A DNA stretch of 32,000 nt from Telmatocola sphagniphila (lineage in GTDB: Bacteria; Planctomycetota; Planctomycetia; Gemmatales; Gemmataceae): positions 2,070,001 to 2,102,000 of the forward strand of contig NZ_CP074694.1 of assembly GCF_018398935.1 (NCBI RefSeq), written 5' to 3'. Under the pieces are notes generated by a model that worked only from the letters and a program-made list of their open reading frames with translations, had not been told where the DNA came from and made no database searches. Made by a program: the position numbers and the translations under genes. This document shows positions 1-6,904 of the stretch, in pieces. The first letter of the stretch is position 1; each line of letters begins with the position of its first letter.

Positions 1-684
1 ATCGCCTCGGAAGCCCGTTATCCCGAAGTCCATCGAGCGATTCCTGCCTCTTTGGAAGCGACGCGCTGGAGGATAGACCCGGGAGAATCGCACGGGTTGG
101 CTCAGTGCTTGAAGCAGTTGCCGGGCGAGAAAGATCCGCATCGACCGGTGACGGTGGAACTCAACGGTCACGTTGCGATTCGGGCTCGAGGAACCGAAAG
201 TCTGCAAACGACCGAAGTTCACCTCAATCGCTCTCAGGTGGAAGGGAATCCGATGAGTCTCGCCTTGGATCGAGCTTACCTGCAGCGAGCCTTGCAGTTG
301 GGTTTTTCGGAGTTCCAGATCGTTCATCCCGATAAACCGATAGTCTGCCAGCAGGGCAGCCGAAGGTTCGTCTGCATGCCGCTGGGTAAAACCTCGGTGA
401 TCGCGGCTTGTCCAGAGGCCTTGCAGGTGGAGTTGGGAGAGACTGCCCGAGCGATGAGCGGCAAAAATACTTCGACGAGAATACGAGATCGGGCCAGGAA
501 CTTCAGTTCGGCGATTCTGGCCGGTCTTCTGGAAGAAGCGAACTCCCTGCAATCGGTAGTTCAAGCCCTGCTGGAGCGATTGACCTATTTAAGCGAAGAG
601 CTCCATCGGTTGCTTCCTCGCCGGAAATCGGAGCGCATCGGTGTAAATACTCCGTCCGAAGCCATGATCGATCCATTTCTTTAA
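1..684 (+). CDS. Sliding-clamp (DnaN domain III)-like protein, 3' part; the 5' end lies outside the window
   Basis: Frame 1 is open from base 1 to the TAA at 682-684, so the TTG at 52 in the ORF track is probably not the start. Translation from base 1 reads IASEARYPEVHRAIP, which resembles the aromatic-P..Y/V..(V/I)(I/L)P motif that opens DnaN domain III. Later LALDRAYLQRAL and RRFVCMPL resemble the clamp 'FN..YL.D.L' and '..iMPmr' segments. About 90 C-terminal residues have no clamp counterpart. The family was recognised from memory, not from a search. Confidence 0.45.
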   Translation: MASEARYPEVHRAIPASLEATRWRIDPGESHGLAQCLKQLPGEKDPHRPVTVELNGHVAIRARGTESLQTTEVHLNRSQVEGNPMSLALDRAYLQRALQLGFSEFQIVHPDKPIVCQQGSRRFVCMPLGKTSVIAACPEALQVELGETARAMSGKNTSTRIRDRARNFSSAILAGLLEEANSLQSVVQALLERLTYLSEELHRLLPRRKSERIGVNTPSEAMIDPFL

Positions 685-734
685 CCGTTCGAAACTTCGA
701 TTCTTTTTCATTCCAACCCTATCGGAGAAAATGC

Positions 735-890
735 ATGAGTGCGAAGCACAAATTGAATGCGGCCTATATGTCGGGCTCGTTTCTGATAGCGATCTTAGTC
801 GGAGCTTTCTTTCAATCGACGGCGATTGTCCTGGGTACGCTGGCCTTCTTGCTCTTCATGGATTTCGTTGCGGGCAATATCCGCAAATAG
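735..890 (+). CDS. Small hydrophobic (membrane) protein, 51 aa
   Basis: ATG at 735 is preceded by GGAGA (724-728, 6-nt spacer). The product MSAKHKLNAAYMSGSFLIAILVGAFFQSTAIVLGTLAFLLFMDFVAGNIRK is mostly hydrophobic. The TAG at 888-890 is followed directly by a strong hairpin terminator. Confidence 0.5.
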   Translation: MSAKHKLNAAYMSGSFLIAILVGAFFQSTAIVLGTLAFLLFMDFVAGNIRK

Positions 891-896
891 TCCCCG

Positions 897-945
897 CCTC
901 CCGCGTTCCGAAGAGTGTTCAGGAACGCGGGAGGTATATTTCGAT
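897..945 (+). terminator. Rho-independent terminator (13-bp perfect stem)
   Basis: CCTCCCGCGTTCC (897-909) pairs perfectly with GGAACGCGGGAGG (922-934) across a 12-nt loop. The stem is followed by TATATTTCGATT. Confidence 0.6.
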
Positions 946-999
946 TCAACAAAAACAAAGAGACTCCTTGCTTTAGCTATCAGCGATCCTCGGATGGAC

Positions 1000-1058
1000 T
1001 GCGGATTTAATCCGGAACAACCGAGTGTTCAGCGGACGGTCGCCGGTTCGAGTCCAAT
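1000..1058 (+). other. tRNA-derived-looking fragment (anticodon-arm-like hairpin plus T-loop consensus), not an intact tRNA
   Basis: GGTTCGAGTCC (1045-1055) is the canonical T-arm/T-loop consensus. TGCGG-ATTTAAT-CCGGA (1000-1016) can form a 5-bp stem (one G-G mismatch) with a 7-nt loop carrying U33 and A37. The 3' half of the T stem (CCAAT) does not pair with GCCGG, and I could find no D arm or acceptor stem. Confidence 0.25.
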
Positions 1059-1060
1059 TC

Positions 1061-1270
1061 GGGGAGCTTTTCACTTTTCAGCGAAAAATGGTCGAAGAAC
1101 GAGTTAACGGAACCGTATTTTTTCTCTCCCCCAAGTTAGCCGGTTTTCCCAGTGGTTTTTTCAGATTTTCGCACTTTATTCAATTCTCCATTTCGAAAAC
1201 TGAAATTCAGGTACCAGGCAAGAACCGTCGGTTTCGTTTCGCACCCTTCAAGTTTTTTGCGGAAACTCTC
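1061..1270 (+). repeat. Copy A of a diverged ~215-bp noncoding direct repeat (partner at 27139-27356)
   Basis: The core at 1061-1108 matches 27139-27185 in 42 of 48 hand-aligned columns with one 1-nt indel. Collinear anchors follow: TTCGAAAA at offsets 131 vs 130, and (G/A)CGGAAACTCTC at 1259 vs 27345. Confidence 0.7.
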
Positions 1271-1379
1271 AAAGCCTCTTTTTTACGCTGCAATCCAGTT
1301 AACGCGTGCATGTTACTCCCTTGAAGACCCCTTCAGCTTTTCTGTTTGGCTACTGTCCAAAAAAAACGTTACAATTTCT

Positions 1380-4300
1380 ATGCCGATAGAACCCCACAAT
1401 CGATGGACGAAGTTCGAAATGTCAGACATCGACGAAACCGCTCCGCACTTCGAAAAAAGCAATCCCCAGCCAGCCGACACTAATCAACTTCCCCAATTGA
1501 TTGGTCGTTACCGCGTTCAAAAAGTCCTCGGAAAAGGAGGCTTCGGCGTCGTCTACCTAGCCATGGACGAGCAACTTCAACGGTCCGTTGCGATCAAGGT
1601 TCCGCACAAAGAGCGGATCAGCAGTTCCGAGGACGCTGCTGCCTATCTGGCGGAAGCACGAACGGTAGCCAATCTCGATCATCCAAATATCGTTCCCGTA
1701 CATGATGTGGGCAGCACCGACGACTGCCCCGTTTTTATCGTCTCGAAATACATCGACGGGACCGACCTCGCCGCACGGCTCAAGCAGACCCGTCTGTCAC
1801 AGCACGAGGTGGTCGAACTGGTGGCGGCAGTGGCCGAGGCACTTTATTTCGCTCACAAGCAAGGTCTGGTTCATCGGGACATCAAGCCCGGCAACCTGCT
1901 CCTCGACAAGGGCGGCAAGCCGTTCGTGGCCGACTTCGGGCTGGCCCTGCGGGAGCGGGAAGTGGACAAGGGGCCACGCTACGCCGGGACGCCCGCGTAC
2001 ATGTCTCCCGAGCAGGCACGGGGGGAGGGCCACCGGGTCGATGGCCGCAGCGACATCTTCAGTCTTGGCGTCGTCTTCTACGAACTGCTGGTCGGACGCC
2101 AGCCGTTCCGGGCCGACTCGCAGGCCGAACTGTTGGATCAGGTGGTGACCCACGAACCTCGTCCGCTGCGGCAACTGGACGAAGGCGTCCCGAAGGAACT
2201 GGAACGAATCTGTTTCAAAGCGATGGCGAAACGGGCATACGAGCGGTACATGACGGCCAAGGATTTCGCGGACGACCTGCGGCACTTTCTGGCCGAACAG
2301 CCCGGCACGAAGAGCATCACGACGCCAGCAGCCACGCCGGTCGTGCCACCGCCCTCATCTTGGGGTGGATCGGGAAAGGCCGTCACGCCGCCGACGCCGA
2401 CCTCGGACCACCAACTCGTCAAGATCGTGCCGAAGGGGTTGCGGTCGTTCGACGCCCACGACGCCGACTTCTTCCTCGAACTGCTGCCGGGGCCACGGGA
2501 CCGTGACGGGCTGCCAGACAGCCTGCGGTTCTGGAAGACCCGAATCGAGGAACTGGACACCGACAGCACTTTCACGGTGGGCCTCATCTACGGGCCAAGC
2601 GGGTGCGGCAAGTCGTCGCTGGTGAAGGCGGGGTTGTTGCCACGGCTGTCCGAAAACGTGATCGCAGTTTATGTCGAAGCGACCGCCGAAGAAACCGAAA
2701 CGCGATTATTGAACGGCCTGCGGAAGAAGCTGCCAGCGTTGGACAATCGCCCGCTGAAGGAGACGTTGGCTGCGTTGCGCCGGGGCCAGGGCATCCCCGT
2801 GGGCAAGAAGGTGGTCATCGTCCTCGACCAGTTCGAGCAGTGGCTGCATGCCAAAAAAGAAGAGCAGAATACCGAGCTGGTGCAGGCTTTACGCCAATGC
2901 GACGGTGGCAGATTGCAGTGCGTAGTGATGGTTCGTGATGATTTCTGGCTTGCGGTAAGCCGCTTTCTCAGAGAACTGGAAATTCGTCTGTTAGAAGGTC
3001 AGAATAGTGCTCTGTCTGATCTCTTCGACCTGGATCATGCCCAAAAAGTCCTTGCTGCATTCGGTCGAGCGTTTGGCAAACTCCCTGAAAATAGTGGCGA
3101 GGTCAGCTCAGAACAAAAAGAGTTCCTGAAACAAGCGGTCAGCGGTCTTGCTCAGGAAGGCAAAGTCATTTCCGTGCGATTATCGCTCTTTGCTGAAATG
3201 ATGAAAAGCAAACACTGGACCCCGGTTTCGTTGAAAGAAGTCGGTGGTACGGCTGGGGTGGGAGTGACCTTCCTGGAGGAAACCTTCAGTGCGGGGACCG
3301 CTCCCCCGGAACATCGCTATCACCAGAAAGCGGCTCGAGCGATTTTAAAGTCTTTGTTACCCGAATCTGGCACTGACATCAAAGGTCACATGCGCTCCCG
3401 TCAGGAACTGCTGGAGGCTTCCGGTTACGTCAGTCGGCCCAAAGATTTTGAAGATCTCCTGCGAATTCTCGATAGTGAGATTCGCCTCCTCACGCCCACC
3501 GACCCGGAAGGCAAAAACCAGGCTGAATTCGTGCCGAGCGATAATGTTCCCCGGATTACTGGCGACCGATACTACCAACTCACCCATGATTATCTGGTAC
3601 CTTCCCTGCGTGATTGGCTCACTCGCAAACAAAAAGAAACGCGAAAAGGTCGGGCCGAACTGCTTCTGGCGGATCGCGCGGCGGTGTGGGCCGCCCGCCC
3701 CGAGAACCGGCAACTTCCGTCGCTGTCGCAGTGGTTCACGATCCGGTGGCACACCACGAAGAAGAACTGGACGCTGCCGCAGAAGAAGATGATGGCGAGA
3801 GCGGGCCGGCTGCACGCTGTGAGGGGGGCGGTTCTCGGCGTGTTCCTGGCCGTTGCCACGGTGACGGGCTTGGCCGTTCGTGAACGAGTGGTCAAGCAGC
3901 AGAAGGCCACCCACGCCGCCGGGCTGGTGCAGCGGGTTTTGGATGCAGAGACGGCCCAGGTGCCGGGCGTGATAGAGGAGATGACGAAGTACCGCCAGTG
4001 GACCGATGAGCTGCTTCGTCAGGAGAACGACAAGGCGGCGGCGAAGTCCCGCCAGAAGCTCCACGCCAGCCTCGCCCTCTTGCCGGTGGAGCCCGCTCAG
4101 GTCGCTTACCTGCACGGTCGGTTGCTCGACGCCGAACCGCACGAACTGCCGGTGGTCCGTGACGCTCTGGCCCCGCACAAGGACGAATTGCGGGACAAGC
4201 TGTGGGTGGTGGTGGAGAAGCCAGAGAAGGGTAAAGAATCCCAACGGCTCCGGGCGGCGGCGGCACTGGCAAAGTACGACCCCGAGGGCCAGAAGTGGGC

Positions 4301-5927
4301 GACGGCGGGTGGACTTGTGGTGAACGATCTGGTCATGGAGAATCCGGTGTTTCTGGGCCTCTGGAGCGAAGCGTTCCGCCCGGTGAAGAACCGGCTGCTC
4401 CCTCGACTGTCCGACATTTTCCGAGATCACCAGTCGGAACGGACGGCGGAACGCTCCCTGGCGACGAACCTCCTGGCAGACTACGCCGCCGACCAGCCGC
4501 CCGTCCTGGCCGATCTACTCATGGATGCCGATGAGAAGCAGTTCGCCGTGATCTATGCGAAGTTCAAGGAACAAGGTGACAAGGGCTTGTCCCTACTGTC
4601 CGGCGAGATCGACAAGACGCTCCCGCCAAACTTGCCATCATCGGACGGCAAGCGAGAAACGCTTGCGAAGCGGCAGGCGAATGCGGCGGTAGCCCTGCTG
4701 CGGCTGAACCAACCGGCGAAGGTGTGGCCGCTCTTGAAGCATGGCCCCGACCCACGGGCGCGGAGTTATTTGATCCATCGCCTGAGTCCTCTGGGTGCGG
4801 ATGCCAGAGCCATCGTGATGCGTTTCGACGAGGAGACAGACCTCACCATTCGCCGGGCGCTGCTCCTGAGCCTGGGCGAATTCGGCGAGATGGACTTCAC
4901 GCCGAACGACCGGAAGGCCGTTCTACCGAAGGTGCAGGAGGTGTACCGGACGGCGAGCGACCCCGGCCTTCATGCGGCTTCGGAGTGGCTACTGCGGACG
5001 TGGAAGCAGGAGGCGTGGCTGACGCAGGTGAACGAAGAATGGGCGAAGGACGGAGAGGGGCGAGACAAGAGAATGGCCGGGATAAAGAAGTTGATGACGA
5101 AGGACAAGGAGAAGACGCCACCACAGTGGTACGTCAACACGCAGGGGCAGACGATGGTGGTGGTCCCCGGCCCGGTAGAGTTCGTGATGGGTTCACCGAA
5201 GACCGAGAAGGATCGGGCAGAGAGAGAGGCTCAACACAAGCTGCGGATCGGTCGGTCCTTCGCCATCGCCTCAAAGTCGGTGACACTTGCGGAATACCGG
5301 AGCCTGACGAAGGACAATTACGAGATCGGCGAGAAGTTCACGCATTCGCCCGATCTTCCGGTAGTGGGCATTAGTTGGTACATGGCGGCGAAATACTGCA
5401 ACCTCCTCAGCAAGCAGGAGGGCTTGGAGGAGTGTTATGAGATCAAGGGACCACAGAATGTGGCGTTAAGAGAGAACTATCTGAGTCTTAATGGGTATCG
5501 CCTGCCCACGGAAGCGGAGATGGAGTACGCGACTCGTGCGGGGGCTGGGACGAGCCGTTATTACGGCGAAACGGACGAGTTGCTCACCCACTATGCGTGG
5601 TATACGAAGAACTCCGGGGATCGGCTCCAACGGGTCAGTCGGAAGAAGCCGAACGAGTTCGGCCTGTTCGACGCGCAGGGTAACTGCTTCACATGGTGCC
5701 AGGAAGCCTACGAGGAGTATCCGAAAGTGGAAGGCGAGGAAGCGGTCGAGGACAAGGAAGTTGCCACGGACAAAATAGTGGTCAAAAGTACACTTAGCCG
5801 TGTGCTGCGTGGGGGCTCGTTCCGCTTTCAAGCGTCGTACGTCCGCTCTGCCAGCCGTCCCTACGATGTGCCGACGAACCGGGACTACGACTTCGGTTTT
5901 CGTCTAGTGAGGACTTTTATTCCTTAG
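1380..5927 (+). CDS. Multidomain Ser/Thr protein kinase: kinase - P-loop STAND-like NTPase - helical (HEAT/ARM-like) repeats - C-terminal FGE/SUMF1-type domain (1515 aa)
   Basis: Kinase motifs are GKGGFGVVYLA, AIK, HRDIKPGNLLL, DFG and YMSPEQ. The P-loop GPSGCGKSSLVKAGLLPRL (nt ~2592) follows a conserved GLRSFDAHDADFF segment. The C-terminal ~270 aa carry FGE-sulfatase hallmarks (PVVGISWYMAAKYCNLLS, GYRLPTEAEMEYATRAG, RVLRGGSF, FGFRLVR). I start the gene at ATG 1380 (MPIEPHN). The ORF-track start at 1152 lies inside the noncoding repeat. Confidence 0.9.
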   Translation: MPIEPHNRWTKFEMSDIDETAPHFEKSNPQPADTNQLPQLIGRYRVQKVLGKGGFGVVYLAMDEQLQRSVAIKVPHKERISSSEDAAAYLAEARTVANLDHPNIVPVHDVGSTDDCPVFIVSKYIDGTDLAARLKQTRLSQHEVVELVAAVAEALYFAHKQGLVHRDIKPGNLLLDKGGKPFVADFGLALREREVDKGPRYAGTPAYMSPEQARGEGHRVDGRSDIFSLGVVFYELLVGRQPFRADSQAELLDQVVTHEPRPLRQLDEGVPKELERICFKAMAKRAYERYMTAKDFADDLRHFLAEQPGTKSITTPAATPVVPPPSSWGGSGKAVTPPTPTSDHQLVKIVPKGLRSFDAHDADFFLELLPGPRDRDGLPDSLRFWKTRIEELDTDSTFTVGLIYGPSGCGKSSLVKAGLLPRLSENVIAVYVEATAEETETRLLNGLRKKLPALDNRPLKETLAALRRGQGIPVGKKVVIVLDQFEQWLHAKKEEQNTELVQALRQCDGGRLQCVVMVRDDFWLAVSRFLRELEIRLLEGQNSALSDLFDLDHAQKVLAAFGRAFGKLPENSGEVSSEQKEFLKQAVSGLAQEGKVISVRLSLFAEMMKSKHWTPVSLKEVGGTAGVGVTFLEETFSAGTAPPEHRYHQKAARAILKSLLPESGTDIKGHMRSRQELLEASGYVSRPKDFEDLLRILDSEIRLLTPTDPEGKNQAEFVPSDNVPRITGDRYYQLTHDYLVPSLRDWLTRKQKETRKGRAELLLADRAAVWAARPENRQLPSLSQWFTIRWHTTKKNWTLPQKKMMARAGRLHAVRGAVLGVFLAVATVTGLAVRERVVKQQKATHAAGLVQRVLDAETAQVPGVIEEMTKYRQWTDELLRQENDKAAAKSRQKLHASLALLPVEPAQVAYLHGRLLDAEPHELPVVRDALAPHKDELRDKLWVVVEKPEKGKESQRLRAAAALAKYDPEGQKWATAGGLVVNDLVMENPVFLGLWSEAFRPVKNRLLPRLSDIFRDHQSERTAERSLATNLLADYAADQPPVLADLLMDADEKQFAVIYAKFKEQGDKGLSLLSGEIDKTLPPNLPSSDGKRETLAKRQANAAVALLRLNQPAKVWPLLKHGPDPRARSYLIHRLSPLGADARAIVMRFDEETDLTIRRALLLSLGEFGEMDFTPNDRKAVLPKVQEVYRTASDPGLHAASEWLLRTWKQEAWLTQVNEEWAKDGEGRDKRMAGIKKLMTKDKEKTPPQWYVNTQGQTMVVVPGPVEFVMGSPKTEKDRAEREAQHKLRIGRSFAIASKSVTLAEYRSLTKDNYEIGEKFTHSPDLPVVGISWYMAAKYCNLLSKQEGLEECYEIKGPQNVALRENYLSLNGYRLPTEAEMEYATRAGAGTSRYYGETDELLTHYAWYTKNSGDRLQRVSRKKPNEFGLFDAQGNCFTWCQEAYEEYPKVEGEEAVEDKEVATDKIVVKSTLSRVLRGGSFRFQASYVRSASRPYDVPTNRDYDFGFRLVRTFIP

Positions 5928-6040
5928 TATCTTTACTGTTTTACTGCTTGTTTCTTCTAGATTTTGTCTTTATGCCTACCCCGTAGGGGTCGAATTTCAA
6001 ATTTTGTATTTATCTGACAATTTGTACAGTATCGGTAGTA

Positions 6041-6165
6041 ATGATGGCCGTTCCCCGAGGTCAAGAAGAATTGACCGTGATCACAAAGACCTACGACTTC
6101 GTTCTGTGGTCATGCAATCACACCGGCAAATTCCCTCGCAATCACCGCTTCGTGCTGGGCGAGTG
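6041..6165 (+). pseudogene. Avd-like / four-helix-bundle protein gene, N-terminal ~40 codons only, cut by an IS end
   Basis: ITKTYDFVLWSCNHTGKFPRNHRFVLGE resembles the N-terminus of Avd-like four-helix-bundle proteins (..Y.F..W......KFP...RF.LG.RI). The reading frame then runs straight into the IS terminal repeat at 6163 and becomes IS-derived sequence. Confidence 0.4.
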
Positions 6166-6220
6166 TAAACGCCGGTCGAAAAGGGGCTCTGTCGCACAGT
6201 TGGTGCAGTTCAACCGATAT
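6163..6220 (+). repeat. Solo terminal repeat (remnant end) of the ISL3-type element found at 14995-16862
   Basis: GTGTAAACGCCGGTCGAAAAGGGGCTCTGTCGCaCAGTTGGTG matches 14995-15037 with one mismatch, and matches the reverse complement of 16820-16858. The next ~13 nt (CAGTTcAAcCCGAT) follow the interior of the right IS end (CAGTTaAAtCCGAT on the reverse complement) rather than the left end. Confidence 0.75.
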
Positions 6221-6675
6221 GTGAAGCCGAACTGTCGAAGACGATGGGTCTGGAAGACGCCTACCGGTTGCTGAACGAAGAGGTCATGCGTCTGGTGTTG
6301 GCGGAGCAACTGTTCGAATTCGTGACCGCCTCGCCCGTGCAACAACCCAATGGCGAGATGAAATCGATTGGTGGCACGAATAACGAAGCGGAGCGGACGT
6401 TGCGTTTTCCCGCGGAGGCTCGAAAAACGGGTCGCACGAATAAGACTCTAATCGGAGCTCGGCGGCAAACGGTGCTCAAGAGCGTTCTGGAATCGCTGCG
6501 GTTGTATCTGTCGAAGTACACTTTGCAGAAGACGATTGAAGAGATTAACCGGTGGGCAAAAGTGGGGCAAAGTTGTTTCGCCCAGCTTTTAGAGAAGTTG
6601 AAGATTCCCAAAGCGGAAAGCCCGCTACTCGATCGACTCTTTCCTAAAGAACCGCAGCCACTAGGAATCGTTTAA
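6208..6675 (+). pseudogene. DDE transposase C-terminal fragment (IS66-like TNN.AER.LR motif)
   Basis: GGTNNEAERTLRFPAEARKTGRTNKTLIGARRQTVLKSVLESLR fits the 'TNN.AER.LR....RK......S..GA......S' pattern of IS66-type transposase C-termini. No N-terminal or catalytic part is present, and the fragment starts at the solo IS end. Confidence 0.45.
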
Positions 6676-6904
6676 AAGACAATCAGACGAGATTCGACTT
6701 TCCGACAGAAATTGATCGGACCGCCCCCACGCGCCCATACTTTGGACGGCTACTTTCTTTAGCGTGTCGAGAGGTTCGGATCCACTACGAATAGTAACGG
6801 GGAATTTGGCCACTCGCCGTTAGCCGGCCGTTGCTGGACAACCTTCACCCTCGTAGGATTATTGCATTTCCAAGACCCACGCCGGACTTTCGGCCCCACC
6901 GGTA

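Noticed and set aside
974-1060. Intact tRNA, possibly a UUA-anticodon suppressor
   Set aside because: Only the T-loop consensus and a mismatched anticodon-like hairpin are present. The T stem does not close, and I could fold no D arm or acceptor stem. I treat it as a relic at most.
1025-1379. ORFs at 1025-1324 and the 5' extension (1152-1379) of the kinase ORF
   Set aside because: This region is the noncoding direct repeat. Its paralogue at 27139 differs by indels that break the frame. The encoded peptides are low-complexity and Phe-rich. The kinase has a sensible ATG at 1380.
3357-4430. 357-aa minus-strand ORF, along with several other ORFs of 100-160 aa on both strands between 1700 and 5400
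   Set aside because: All of them lie antisense to, or out of frame within, the kinase-STAND-FGE gene. They are confined to its GC-rich blocks. Their products are Arg/Pro/Gly/Ala-rich and low in complexity, which is typical of stop-codon-poor phantom frames in high-GC DNA.
5960-5985. Small hairpin ACCCC-GTA-GGGGT downstream of the kinase-STAND-FGE gene, as a possible terminator
   Set aside because: The stem is only 5 bp with a 3-nt loop and has a weak T tract. That is too marginal to call.
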